From positions 38 to 64,037 of the forward strand of contig DHIO01000022.1 of NCBI GenBank assembly GCA_002403855.1: a DNA stretch of 64,000 nt, in the 5' to 3' direction. This document shows positions 19,629 through 29,498 of this stretch, one piece after another (position 1 is the stretch's first letter; every line of letters begins with the position of its first letter). Both the position numbers and the translations under genes were made by a program. The DNA is from Acidimicrobiia bacterium UBA4744 (lineage in GTDB: Bacteria > Actinomycetota > Acidimicrobiia > Spongiisociales > UBA4744). The notes under the pieces were generated by a model. The model was not told the DNA's origin. It saw only the letters and a program-made list of their open reading frames with translations, and did not search any database.

Positions 19629-20018
19629 TTGGAACACACGCCGGCGGAAGGAATCAGTTGGGTTGCGGCGGGCGATGAACACTTCACGGGAACGGTCTTC
19701 TTCGGCCCGTTGTCGGCGGCTCTGGACCGCTCCCTCTACGCTCTCGGTGTTCTGTTCGAGCCCGGAGCACGGACCGATTGGCACACCCATCCCGACGGCC
19801 AGGTTCTCTACATCACGTCTGGTGCCGGCAAGGTACAGACGGACGATGGGGAAACGGTGCGGGTGTCGGCCGGGGACGTCGTGTTCTCACCGGCCGGGGA
19901 GAAGCACTGGCACGGGGCAACCGAGACCAGCCACATGATGCACCTCTCGCTTACAACCGGTGGAGCGACGGAATGGCTCACCCAGAAGGTGAGTGACGAG
20001 GACTACCGGCGCGGTTGA
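19629..20018 (+). CDS. Cupin domain protein
   Basis: FEPGARTDWHTHPDGQVL, PAGEKHWHGA. Confidence 0.92.
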   Translation: MEHTPAEGISWVAAGDEHFTGTVFFGPLSAALDRSLYALGVLFEPGARTDWHTHPDGQVLYITSGAGKVQTDDGETVRVSAGDVVFSPAGEKHWHGATETSHMMHLSLTTGGATEWLTQKVSDEDYRRG

Positions 20019-20251
20019 TACCGGTAACAGAGCCGGCGGGCATCGGTCGGACCACCCGGAAGACGCTCCAGGACGCCGATCCTTCTCGCACCGGGTGGAC
20101 GAAAGAGTCCGAAGCGGTTGTCGTGCACGAGTGATCCCGTTTCAGACGCTCCGGCCGACCCTGCAAGTGGTCCGCATGGTCACAAAGATCACGTGGGCTT
20201 GCGGCACCGGCAAATACGCGACGCCGACCGCTCGTTGCACCTGCCACTCCG

Positions 20252-21403
20252 ATGGGTGTGCTACCTTCGCAGCCCGTGACGAGCCTTGCAGCAACTCTGC
20301 GACGATACCGACTGTTGACCCGGGGAGTATTCACGAATCGGGACGGCCCCGATCTCGCCCATCTACGTGCGATCGAGGACCCCGAAGAGTTCGTGTGGGC
20401 CATCCTGCCTCACGCCGCGAGGAGTTTCGCCGCCAGCATCCTGACGCTCCCTTCGGGCAAGGCCCGAGTCGCCGCGGTGGCCTATCTGTACTGCCGCATG
20501 CTCGATACGATCGAGGATCTTCATCCCGACGCTGCTTCACGTCCGGACCTGCTGACCGAGTTCGGTCGCCGGTTGACAGACGACCCGCCGCCTCCGGTCA
20601 CTCCTATCCCCGACCGCTGGGCGCGGGACGATCGCGATCGAGCCCACCTTCTCCTCGTGGCGCGGTGTGGACTGGTCGATGAGGTCTTCGGCTCGCTGTC
20701 TCCTCCGGATCGCGACAACATCTGCACCCTGGTGTCGGCAATGGCGAAAGGAATGGCCCGGTCCTCCCGGCAATTCGACCGGCAGGGAGGGGTGCTGACC
20801 TCCGACGAGCAGCTATTGGCCTATTGCGACGCGGTCATCGGCGAGCCGGCGTTGTTCACCTTCAGGATGCTCGTCGACGTCCCAGTCGACGAGATGATCG
20901 AACGGGATGTGATGGCGGTGGCCGAGATGATTCAGCTGGCAAATATCACGCGGGACATCGACCGCGATCTCGAGCGCGGCATCGCCTACGACGCGTCTCT
21001 GAGTCCCTTCCTCGGCGGGTCGGAAAACGCGCAGAGGAAGAGAGTCGTCCGGGCGGCGCGGCAGCACATGGTCTATCTGGCGCTCTCGCGAGCTCCGGCC
21101 TACGGACGACTCGTCGAGATCGCCGGTTTCCGTCCGATCAGTGAAGCGCGGGGCGCGGCCGTCATGATGCTGCTGTTCACCGATCGCTACTACCGCTCGG
21201 CCATGGCCGCAATAGGATCCTCACCCTGGGAAGGCCCGAACCTCGTGTGGAGCCTCTATCTTTCCGCCGCCCTGGCTGCGGTTTCGCCGGCGTGGGCGCA
21301 ACGGGTCATCGCCCGGACCGAACGGAACTTTGTTCGGGCCGCACTCCGGATCGCAGACAACCCCACGGGGATCGAAATCCGGAGTGATACCGGACCCCGC
21401 TGA
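20252..21403 (+). CDS. Squalene/phytoene synthase family protein
   Basis: ARSFAASI, YLYCRMLDTIED, QLANITRDIDRDLERG. Confidence 0.85.
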   Translation: MGVLPSQPVTSLAATLRRYRLLTRGVFTNRDGPDLAHLRAIEDPEEFVWAILPHAARSFAASILTLPSGKARVAAVAYLYCRMLDTIEDLHPDAASRPDLLTEFGRRLTDDPPPPVTPIPDRWARDDRDRAHLLLVARCGLVDEVFGSLSPPDRDNICTLVSAMAKGMARSSRQFDRQGGVLTSDEQLLAYCDAVIGEPALFTFRMLVDVPVDEMIERDVMAVAEMIQLANITRDIDRDLERGIAYDASLSPFLGGSENAQRKRVVRAARQHMVYLALSRAPAYGRLVEIAGFRPISEARGAAVMMLLFTDRYYRSAMAAIGSSPWEGPNLVWSLYLSAALAAVSPAWAQRVIARTERNFVRAALRIADNPTGIEIRSDTGPR

Positions 21404-21455
21404 CAGCGGAACCGGATGTCCGGCGTGGGGGTGCAGGTCCGCGTGGTCGGTCGGG

Positions 21456-21644
21456 CTACTTCCTGACCCAAAAGGTGTAGCCGCAATGGGGACACTCCAT
21501 TTCCACCTCCACGCCGGTCCACCAGTTTCCTCTATGAGTCTTGCCGGTCTGGCGGTACGCTCTGACCGGCACGGACTCTCCGCAGCGGTCGCATGGTTTC
21601 GTTGTCACCCTCTGCCACCAGTCCCGCAGCCACTCCAGCATCAC
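21456..21644 (-). CDS. Small zinc-ribbon protein (paralog of 38216-38407)
   Basis: MLEWLRDWW..CDRC..CPHC..FWVRK; the paralog conserves frame and stop position. Confidence 0.75.
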   Translation of the reverse strand: MMLEWLRDWWQRVTTKPCDRCGESVPVRAYRQTGKTHRGNWWTGVEVEMECPHCGYTFWVRK

Positions 21645-21776
21645 CGAAAACTACGCCTCGGAAAGCACTCGGTCAATTCTGTTGCGTGGCGGTTTCCGGC
21701 CCAGAAGAGACGTCCGGCCCTAGTTGGCGTCCCGCATCTCGCGATACGTTTGCGGCAGTCCTGAAGGGGATCAGAC

Positions 21777-22469
21777 GTGCGTCGACGAACACTGGTGGTG
21801 GTGGTCGCGTCGCTGCTCACGGTCGTTGCGGGGTGCACCGTCGGGTCGGGGAACATGACCACCGAGTCCCGTGATGTGAGCGGTTTCGATGAGATCGTGT
21901 TGATGACCAGCGGTGACGTCAACGTCGAGGTGACCGGCTCGGAATCGCTGGAGATCGACGCTGAGGACAACATCATCTCGCTCCTGACCAGCGAGGTGGT
22001 CGACGGCAGGCTCGAGCTGGGCTCGAGCGATGCCTTTTCGACCACTCGGAGAATCACCTACACGATCACCGCCGCCGAGCTGGTAGGGGTCACGGTTATG
22101 GGGTCGGGGGACGTGGACGCCTCTCGGGTCGACACCGACTTCTTCGAGGCCACCGTCACCGGTTCCGGGGACCTCAAACTCTCCCTAGCCTGCTCCCGCC
22201 TCGAGGCCACCGTCACCGGTTCCGGGAACATCAATCCTTCCGGCACGTGCGCCGATCTCGAAGTGACCATATCCGGGTCGGGGAAGTTCAACGGCGACGA
22301 CCTAGAGGCAGCCACCGCAGCGGTGACCGTGTCGGGCAGTGGCAACGCAGAAGTCAACGTTGCCGACGCCCTGGACGTGCGTATCAGCGGCTCGGGTGAC
22401 GTGCGATACAGCGGCGACCCGTCCGTCACCCAGGACGTCAGTGGATCCGGCGGCGTGTCGCAACGCTGA
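21777..22469 (+). CDS. DUF2807 (GIN head) beta-helix lipoprotein
   Basis: VAGC lipobox; GSGNMTTESRDV.GFDEI; repeated (V/I)xGSG motifs. Confidence 0.9.
   Translation: MRRRTLVVVVASLLTVVAGCTVGSGNMTTESRDVSGFDEIVLMTSGDVNVEVTGSESLEIDAEDNIISLLTSEVVDGRLELGSSDAFSTTRRITYTITAAELVGVTVMGSGDVDASRVDTDFFEATVTGSGDLKLSLACSRLEATVTGSGNINPSGTCADLEVTISGSGKFNGDDLEAATAAVTVSGSGNAEVNVADALDVRISGSGDVRYSGDPSVTQDVSGSGGVSQR
22144..22226 (+). repeat. Exact 26-bp direct repeat with 57-nt period inside the DUF2807 gene
   Basis: TCGAGGCCACCGTCACCGGTTCCGGG at 22144 and 22201. Confidence 0.85.
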
Positions 22470-22487
22470 CAACCAGCGAAAACCGCC

Positions 22488-23093
22488 TCAGGGCGCCGAC
22501 GATACTCTGCCGCCACCCGACGTATTCACGCGCATGCTTCCGCCGCAGCTTACCGTTAGGTCCGCCCCGTTGGTCACCTCGCCGCTCACCTCGCCCGTCA
22601 CGCAGACCGTTATCTGCGCGCCGTTGTCCCCGTCGACTTCCGCCGTAGCGGCCTCGAGGGCGCCGGCATCGAGTTGAGCGCCGTTGTTCACCGACAAAGC
22701 CACTTCCTCGACGGAACCCGTGACCTCGACTTGGGCGCCGTTGTTCACAGAGACATCCTTGAGAGCTGCCACCGTCCCCGCCACGTCGAAGCCCTGGGTC
22801 GGAGTGACCCCACCCATTCGATTGGACGTGACGGTCAGTTTGCCGCCCGACACTTTGGTAGTGAGGAACTCCTGAAGATTGGAGTCGGTCGTGACCTCGA
22901 GAACCACATCACCGGTAGCGGTGGGATCGACTGTGAGGTAAACCCGGACTCCGTTGTCGGCGTCGAGAGCGTCGAATTCCGAAACGGTGCGGGTCTCGGT
23001 CACTCCCTCGCCGTTGCCTTGGAGGGATGTGGAACCGTCGCAGGCGGCCAGCGCCAGCGCTCCCAGCAGAATCAAGAATGCCGTCCGTTTCAT
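22488..23093 (-). CDS. DUF2807 (GIN head) lipoprotein
   Basis: AAGGAG RBS; LAAC lipobox; GNGEGVTETRTVSEFD; repeated NNGA motifs. Confidence 0.85.
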   Translation of the reverse strand: MKRTAFLILLGALALAACDGSTSLQGNGEGVTETRTVSEFDALDADNGVRVYLTVDPTATGDVVLEVTTDSNLQEFLTTKVSGGKLTVTSNRMGGVTPTQGFDVAGTVAALKDVSVNNGAQVEVTGSVEEVALSVNNGAQLDAGALEAATAEVDGDNGAQITVCVTGEVSGEVTNGADLTVSCGGSMRVNTSGGGRVSSAP

Positions 23094-23401
23094 CGTCGGG
23101 GCTCCTTTTCGCTGCCGCTGTGTTTGAAACAAGGCAAGCCTACGCTTCGCGCTGCTGCACCGAGCCGACCCGGCACAGGCCCCGCACCGTCGGCGACGGT
23201 CGTCACCACCCCGACCAGGTTGTGATGAGGCATGATCACCAAGGGAGGACGGTGAAGGGCGGTCCGGGAGCTTGTCGACCGTCGGATGCGAACTCTCTCG
23301 ACGCGATCGACCGGTTCTTGCTCGTCCGCCCGAACGCCCCGCTCTCCCCCGCAATCGGCGTCCTCGCCGGGCCGGGCCGGCGGCCGGATACCATCAAGTC
23401 G

Positions 23402-23821
23402 ATGAACATCTATTTCGCCGCATCGATCCGCGGCGGTCGCCGCGATGAAGATATCTACCGTCGACTCATCGACGAGTTGCGGCACCACGGCGCGGTCCAG
23501 ACCGAGCAGGTGGCCCTTCCCGAGGACGAGGAACGGGGCATGACCGACCGGGAGATCCACGGGCGAGACATGGCGTGGCTGGAGGACGCGGACGTCATGG
23601 TCGCTGAGGTGACCACCCCCAGCCTCGGGGTGGGATATGAGCTCGCCAACGCGGAGCGGCTCGGGCTGGAGATCCTCTGCCTCTTCAGGCCGTCCTCGGG
23701 CAGAAGGCTATCGGCGATGGTGGCCGGGTCCCCTCGCATGAGAGTGGTTCCCTATGAGACAATTGCCGATGCCAAGGATGCTATCGCGGCCTTTCTGACC
23801 AGGCTGGACGGTGGCAAATAG
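23402..23821 (+). CDS. DNPH1/Rcl-like deoxynucleoside 5'-monophosphate N-glycosidase
   Basis: IYFAASIRGGR, IHGRDMAWL, VAEVTTPSLGVGYEL, ILCLFRP, LSAMVAG. Confidence 0.88.
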   Translation: MNIYFAASIRGGRRDEDIYRRLIDELRHHGAVQTEQVALPEDEERGMTDREIHGRDMAWLEDADVMVAEVTTPSLGVGYELANAERLGLEILCLFRPSSGRRLSAMVAGSPRMRVVPYETIADAKDAIAAFLTRLDGGK

Positions 23822-24322
23822 TCGGGCGGTTCTCCGAGGTTGGACGGGGACTGCTCTGGAGAACGCAGTGCCGGTTGAATCATGCCGATACCCCTTGCCA
23901 AACGGTCTTGTCCCTCTGTTGAGGGTGCGGCCCTGGATCAGATCTCTCCCCGCCGGGCTCGGGCGCCGGGTCCGGCATCGTCGATCTCGCGTCGCAACCG
24001 AGGCGACACGGTGCAACACGACGATGGATTCAATCCCCTTCGAGGAACCGTCACACGGCAGATGGGCGTTCGGCGGAACCGGTGAGGTGTGCCTTGAGGG
24101 CGACGAGTTCGTCGGCGGACGGCGGTCGGTTCGGATCGAGCCGGCGTTCCAGAGCTTCCTCGCAGCTGAGGTCGACCTCGGTACTACGGATAACGGCCAC
24201 GCAGACGACGGTGATCTCGATCTCGCTCAGTTCACCGTCCCCGGTGAACGCGGTTCCGCAGGGCTTCGGCATGCGAGAGGCCTCGATGGGCGGGTCCTCT
24301 GCGCCGGGAACTGAATTTCGCC

Positions 24323-25255
24323 CTACGAGCCGGTTGCCAGCGAGGTTTGCGCCACTACCCCAATCTCTTCCGGATCCCGGGCACCCAGCAGACTCATCCA
24401 GGTAATCGCCCCCGCCAGCACCAGAACCCCTACCCACTGAGAGAAGGTCAGGACCGCCCCAAATGCCAGGTAGTTGACCATCGCCGCCGACAGGGGGAAG
24501 GCCAGCTCGGCCACCGTCGCCGCCGAGGCGGGAGTGCGGGACAGCCCCCGGTAGTAGAGGAGCATCGCCCCCAACCCGGGCACCAGCGCCAGCACCACGA
24601 TGGCCAGAACATCCTGGCCGCCGGTCACCCCCACCGGGGCTCCCGGTTGCAGCAGCCAAATCAACCCGGCCACCGGCATGCCGATAGCGAACCGCCAGGC
24701 CGTCAACTCACGGAACTCCAGGCTGCCCGACATGCGACGACCCAGCACCGTCCCCATCCCCCATAGGGCGGCGGCCCCGACGGCCAGGAGGGCGGGCGCC
24801 AGCTGAGAGACCGACACCTGCAGAGGGTCGGGAAACGCAATGAGATAGGCGCCGCCCAAACCGGTGGCCAGGAACAGCCAAAAACGAGGCAGCAGCGCCT
24901 CGCCGAGAAGCAGTCGAGCACCCAGCACGGCGACCAGCGGTTGGAGTTTCTGGAGTAGGAGCGGAGTGTTGGGATCCCCGTAGGAGAAGGCGGCGGTGAA
25001 GAGGATTGTTGCGGTTGCCGAAGCTCCCGCACCAATCAGAACCAGGGCCACCCAATCGCCTACTCCCAGCCGCAGCACTTTTTGGTACGACCGGATCAGC
25101 CAGGGAGCCGTCACTACCACCAGCACCAGATGCTCGAAGAACACCACCGTCGCCGCCGGCAGCTCGAGAGCCAGACCACGCCGAAACAACGCATCGGTCC
25201 CCCATAGGGCGGCTGCCAGAGCCACCAGTGCAATCCCGGTCTTGCGTTGCGCCAT
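24323..25255 (-). CDS. DMT/EamA transporter
   Basis: About 10 TMs; ALWGTDALFR, LLLQKLQP, ELAFPL. Confidence 0.9.
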   Translation of the reverse strand: MAQRKTGIALVALAAALWGTDALFRRGLALELPAATVVFFEHLVLVVVTAPWLIRSYQKVLRLGVGDWVALVLIGAGASATATILFTAAFSYGDPNTPLLLQKLQPLVAVLGARLLLGEALLPRFWLFLATGLGGAYLIAFPDPLQVSVSQLAPALLAVGAAALWGMGTVLGRRMSGSLEFRELTAWRFAIGMPVAGLIWLLQPGAPVGVTGGQDVLAIVVLALVPGLGAMLLYYRGLSRTPASAATVAELAFPLSAAMVNYLAFGAVLTFSQWVGVLVLAGAITWMSLLGARDPEEIGVVAQTSLATGS

Positions 25256-25380
25256 CGGTCCTCCAAAGAGAGCGCCAAGATAGCCGCTACCACGTACTGG
25301 CTTCGGCCGAGTGGTCCCGAACCTCGACCTGCTGCTCCACTACCGCAACGAAGCGGATGGCTCCACCGAGTCCGGCGGAA

Positions 25381-25857
25381 CTAAAGGATGGGCAAGACCG
25401 CGGCCAGAACGATGTATCCGATCCAGCCGATGGCCGAGGCCAGCACGGCCTGACCGGTCGATACGTCCAAACCCTCACGTACCGCGACAACCGTCGCCAC
25501 CAGGGCCCAGATTGCACCGATCCAGCCGAAGAACGGGATGATCCCCAGCACCCGCGGAGATTGCGCGAACCCGGTCACGCGCAGCATTTCGCCGTAGTCC
25601 GAGGTTCCTCCCATCAGGCGAACCCCAACCCAGTAGGTGATGCCCGCCCAGACCAGCCACCCGATGACCGCGCTGATGGCGCCGACGATGACCAGCCGGA
25701 AAAAGGACCCCTCCACGACGAACCAGACTCCCAGCGCCGACAGTACGGCGGCAATGAGGACGACGGCCGTGGCCTGGCCATTGAACTTCTCGTCTTCTTC
25801 GACCGTCGCGTAGAAACTCACGTCCAGTTTTGCGGCACGGATCATGTTCTGGATCAT
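25381..25857 (-). CDS. YIP1-family membrane protein
   Basis: MIRAAKLD..YATVEED, LRVTGFAQSP, AVREGLD; GGGAGAGG RBS. Confidence 0.85.
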   Translation of the reverse strand: MIQNMIRAAKLDVSFYATVEEDEKFNGQATAVVLIAAVLSALGVWFVVEGSFFRLVIVGAISAVIGWLVWAGITYWVGVRLMGGTSDYGEMLRVTGFAQSPRVLGIIPFFGWIGAIWALVATVVAVREGLDVSTGQAVLASAIGWIGYIVLAAVLPIL

Positions 25858-25982
25858 TTCCTCTCCCTTCTTGTTCTCAGCCTATTCCGGCCGCTCTCTG
25901 GTGAGATGGATCGATCCCGGGTAGCCGACGATCAGCCGCGCCGGATCTCAAAGGAGCAGCGCCGGCATGACCCGGCAGGAAA

Positions 25983-26333
25983 TCAGTCCGATCCGAAAGG
26001 AACGAACCGGCGAGGCGGCGCAGGGTCGATGCCAATGCTCACGAGATACCGGCGTCGGGCCTGCTCGATCCTCTCCCACTCGGCGGCGTCCGCGTTGGTG
26101 ATGATCGCGTGGGGCCCTTCTCTCAAATCCTCGGGAATCCCCGGCTCGAATAGCCACCACGCCTCCGGCCTGCCCCACAGATCCCAGCGCTCGAGGAAGT
26201 GGTCGCGCACGGATCGCCAGGCGACCTCCGCTTCCTCCAGGGATCCGAAGGCATCCACCAGTTCATCTTGGCTGCCGAATGTGAACAGTCGAAAGTGATC
26301 GAAGGGGATCTCTCGCCGTTTCCGCAATGGCAT
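25983..26333 (-). CDS. Hypothetical protein
   Basis: Natural-looking ORF MPLRKRREIPFDHFRLF..WGRPEAWWLFEP; no family recognised. Confidence 0.6.
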   Translation of the reverse strand: MPLRKRREIPFDHFRLFTFGSQDELVDAFGSLEEAEVAWRSVRDHFLERWDLWGRPEAWWLFEPGIPEDLREGPHAIITNADAAEWERIEQARRRYLVSIGIDPAPPRRFVPFGSD

Positions 26334-26472
26334 GACCCCAGTATCACCCACCAGTTCACGTTGTGCGACGCGGATGCCCGCCACGAAGCCTCGGGTGGTG
26401 TCTCATCGAGTCCGGTTCCCAAGCGGGCGACGAAGCCGATTCTCGCCTTCCCGACTGCTCGTGGCAGCGGGC

Positions 26473-26850
26473 CTATTCGCGGCCCGACAGCGCTCTCACC
26501 ATGAATATGATCCCGACCACCACCAGGACCACCGCTCCGACGATTTCCCCGCCGAGGTCCACCACCGTGCCCAGGGCGACCAGGATGAATATCGCAGTCC
26601 ACACCCAATCCCACGTCGATGGGTTGGGCCAGCTGGAAGTTGTTCGATAGAGGTTCAGTCCGAGCGACCATGGGCCTACGCCGATGAATATCCAGGGCCA
26701 CCATTCGTTTGAGTCGCCGATCCGGGGCAGGATGTCCAGGTACTCTGCGCCGAGGGCCAGGCCGATCCAGATCAGCACGCCGGCCCACCAGATCGCATCC
26801 ATCCGCTTGCGTTCTGCGGCTTCTACCGTTGTGTCCTTCTGGTCCGTCAT
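26473..26850 (-). CDS. 4-TM membrane protein (LiaF-TM-like)
   Basis: GAGGGAGG RBS; WAGVLIWIGL, WWPWIFIGVG. Confidence 0.8.
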   Translation of the reverse strand: MTDQKDTTVEAAERKRMDAIWWAGVLIWIGLALGAEYLDILPRIGDSNEWWPWIFIGVGPWSLGLNLYRTTSSWPNPSTWDWVWTAIFILVALGTVVDLGGEIVGAVVLVVVGIIFMVRALSGRE

Positions 26851-27120
26851 TCTTCCTCCCTCGTCGCCATCGTCGGCAAGAGGACCACCTACAACAGGAG
26901 ACATTGCTCGAAGTGGTGTGCTCTTCCTCGACCTCCAAGATGTCTTGTTCTGTTGACGATTGCCAGGGTCGAAGGTCCTTGGTGCCGCGGTTCACGCCTT
27001 GCGGCGATCCACCTCCGTGCACCGTTGCAGGCTTCACATAGATCTCGGGCACCCTCGTTCGCCGTCTCCAACGACCGATCTGGTCGCGGCTGTTGGCCGT
27101 CCCGGCCTCTAGCCGCGCAC

Positions 27121-27912
27121 CTATCCGGGCAGGACCGCTATCTGCCGTGATACTGCGATCAGCTGGCCGGAAGTGTCGCTGATCCAACCGTCCTCTTCGA
27201 CGTATCGCGGACCAGCATGGTCGGTACGGAAGCGAGCAGCCACGGGGCCCGCAGAAGGGCGGGCGTGGGTATGCACGGTCAACTCGATCGTCGGCAAGAG
27301 CCCGAGGTATTTGCCCGTGTTGAAGACCGACGGTGGCAGAGCATCGGCCACCAACGGCATGAGGGCTGTGGGGGATCCAAAAGGAAAGTCGAGCCAGCCA
27401 CTGATAACGGCTTCGCCGCGCGGTCGACCGGCGGCAAAGCCAATCTGGTCGGGATGGAGGCGGAGGTTCAGTCGATGAGCAATGGGGGGCGGCTCAAAGC
27501 CAAGCATGTCGTTGGTTCCGACACACTCCTCTGGCGACGGCATCGCGGGGAGGTCGAGGTCGACGATGGCGTCGCCCATCGTCTCGTCAAGATCGCCGAG
27601 CGAGGCAACCAGATGGGCCACCACTTCTGCGTTCTGTGTCAGCTGAGCTCGGGCCGTGGTGAGTCTACGCCCCGACCGGATGATCTCGGTCTCGATGACC
27701 GTCGCACCGGGGAGGGCCGGCCGTACGAAGTGAGCGGTCGACGTGATCGGATCAGGGCGCTCTGTGGCCGCAACGAGTGCGACCGCCATGACTGAGCTGA
27801 CCAGGCCGCCGTTGGGGATACCCATGAAGTCCCAACCTTCGGGAACGTCGGCGGTCCAGGTGCCGCCGTCCACGGCGGTGAGACCGATCAAATCGGCGAA
27901 ATCGGCGGCCAT
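27121..27912 (-). CDS. TesB-like double-hotdog thioesterase
   Basis: PNGGLV, AHFVRPA, IRSGRR, DALPP, PTIELTVH. Confidence 0.9.
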   Translation of the reverse strand: MAADFADLIGLTAVDGGTWTADVPEGWDFMGIPNGGLVSSVMAVALVAATERPDPITSTAHFVRPALPGATVIETEIIRSGRRLTTARAQLTQNAEVVAHLVASLGDLDETMGDAIVDLDLPAMPSPEECVGTNDMLGFEPPPIAHRLNLRLHPDQIGFAAGRPRGEAVISGWLDFPFGSPTALMPLVADALPPSVFNTGKYLGLLPTIELTVHTHARPSAGPVAARFRTDHAGPRYVEEDGWISDTSGQLIAVSRQIAVLPG

Positions 27913-28115
27913 CACCGGAGTATGCGGCCGAAAGGGCGCAGACGCCAATCAGCGGGCGGATTCGTCGGCCGGTACAGGGAAAGCTGGAGCCCGGCTGTGA
28001 CGTGGGTCGCCCCGAAAGGAGCATCTGACTTCCGGCCCTAGACGACCTTTCCGTTCTGTGTTCTGGTTTTGAAGAAGCAGCCGATCTCGGCCATCCACAC
28101 CGGAGGAGGCGAGCA

Positions 28116-29339
28116 ATGACCGAGACCACCACCGGCCAGGACGAAACGTCGAGCGTTTCCCCACCAAGCAGCAACGGGGGCCGGTTGGTCTTTGTCGACG
28201 TGCTGCGGGTAGCGCTCATTGGCTTGGTGATCGCTCACCACGCCGGGCAGGCGTACGGCCCGACCGGCGGTAGCTGGCCGGTGGAAGACCCGGCCAACAG
28301 CGAATTGCTGGGGCCCTTCTTCTTTGTGAATGCATCCTTCTTCATGGGACTTCTGTTTCTGCTGGCCGGATACTTCGTCCCACGTTCCTATGATCGCAAG
28401 GGCCCCGGGCAATTCCTCCAGGACCGCTGGATGCGGATCGGGGTACCGCTGGTGTTCTTTGCCCTGGTAGTGCATGCGCCGATCGTCTACCTGAGCGAGT
28501 CGCCGCAGCCCTCCCTCGGCGAGTTCGTACGCTCTCTCTACGAGAGCGGATGGCAGAACCTGTACATTCACCTGTGGTTCCTCGGACACCTGCTGCTCTA
28601 TTCGGCCGGGTACGTGGTGTGGCGGCTCGTCGCCGATCGCCGGACCGACCGGCCTCGGAGAACCTGGCCGCCCCCGAACCATGCCGCCATCGTGGCGTTC
28701 GTGGTTGGGCTGGCCGTGGCGACCTGGGTGGTGCGCGGATGGTATCCGATCGACGAATGGGTGCCGCTGCTCTACGTGTTGGCCGCCGAACCCGCTCACC
28801 TTCCGCAGTATGTGAGCCTCTTCACGCTGGGGGTGTTGGCCTATCGTGGCGATTGGCTGCGCCAATGGTCGGCGAGGACGGGCATGATCTGGCTGACCAT
28901 CGGAGTGGCTGCATCGGCGGGACTCTCCGCGCTGTGGTTGCTGGCCCCCGAGGTCGACATCACGGCGGGAGGCGGGTTCAACTGGCGAGCGCTCGTGTTG
29001 AGCTCCTGGGAGGCCGTGATTTGCGCCGGCTTGTGTGTGGGGCTGATCGTCCTCTTCCGCCGGGCCTTCCGGCGGACCAATCGGTTGCTGGTGGCCATGG
29101 CGGCGGCCAGCTATGCCGCCTACATCGTCCACTGGATGATCGTCGTCGGAATCCAAGCCGGCATAGAGGGGATCGACCTGCCTGCCCTCGTCAAGTTCGG
29201 GTTGGTGACTGCCCTTGCCGTGCTCCTGGCGTTCGGTATCGGGCACCTGTCCCGACGGGTACCGGGCCTCAGGGTTGTCCTGGGCACCACCCCCAACAAA
29301 CCGGAGAAGGCGCCTGCACGTCACGACCTCTCGGCATGA
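28116..29339 (+). CDS. Acyltransferase-3 (OpgC/MdoC-like) membrane protein
   Basis: FVDVLRV..VIAHH, FFMGLLFLLAGYF, HLWFL, SYAAYIVH. Confidence 0.9.
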   Translation: MTETTTGQDETSSVSPPSSNGGRLVFVDVLRVALIGLVIAHHAGQAYGPTGGSWPVEDPANSELLGPFFFVNASFFMGLLFLLAGYFVPRSYDRKGPGQFLQDRWMRIGVPLVFFALVVHAPIVYLSESPQPSLGEFVRSLYESGWQNLYIHLWFLGHLLLYSAGYVVWRLVADRRTDRPRRTWPPPNHAAIVAFVVGLAVATWVVRGWYPIDEWVPLLYVLAAEPAHLPQYVSLFTLGVLAYRGDWLRQWSARTGMIWLTIGVAASAGLSALWLLAPEVDITAGGGFNWRALVLSSWEAVICAGLCVGLIVLFRRAFRRTNRLLVAMAAASYAAYIVHWMIVVGIQAGIEGIDLPALVKFGLVTALAVLLAFGIGHLSRRVPGLRVVLGTTPNKPEKAPARHDLSA

Positions 29340-29498
29340 GTCCGTATCAAAACGGCTAGGCGCGATTGTGACCCAGCTAGAGAGTCAGTGACCGGATACG
29401 GCCTCCCAAGACCGGTGATCGTCATGAGAGCCGGTTCGCCCGCGGCCTCGGGGTCGAACGTTGCACCGTAGCCACCGGTGTTGCGGACCCGGCAACGG

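Noticed and set aside
20085-20120. GGAC-GAAAGA-GTCC hairpin resembling part of a hammerhead ribozyme
   Set aside because: The CUGAnGA core is absent.
23830-24320. Possible gene or remnant between the DNPH1-like gene and EamA
   Set aside because: Both strands have open frames, but neither has a convincing start or family motif; left uncalled.
25006-26298. 430-aa + strand ORF
   Set aside because: Spans three coherent minus-strand genes and has no recognisable motifs.
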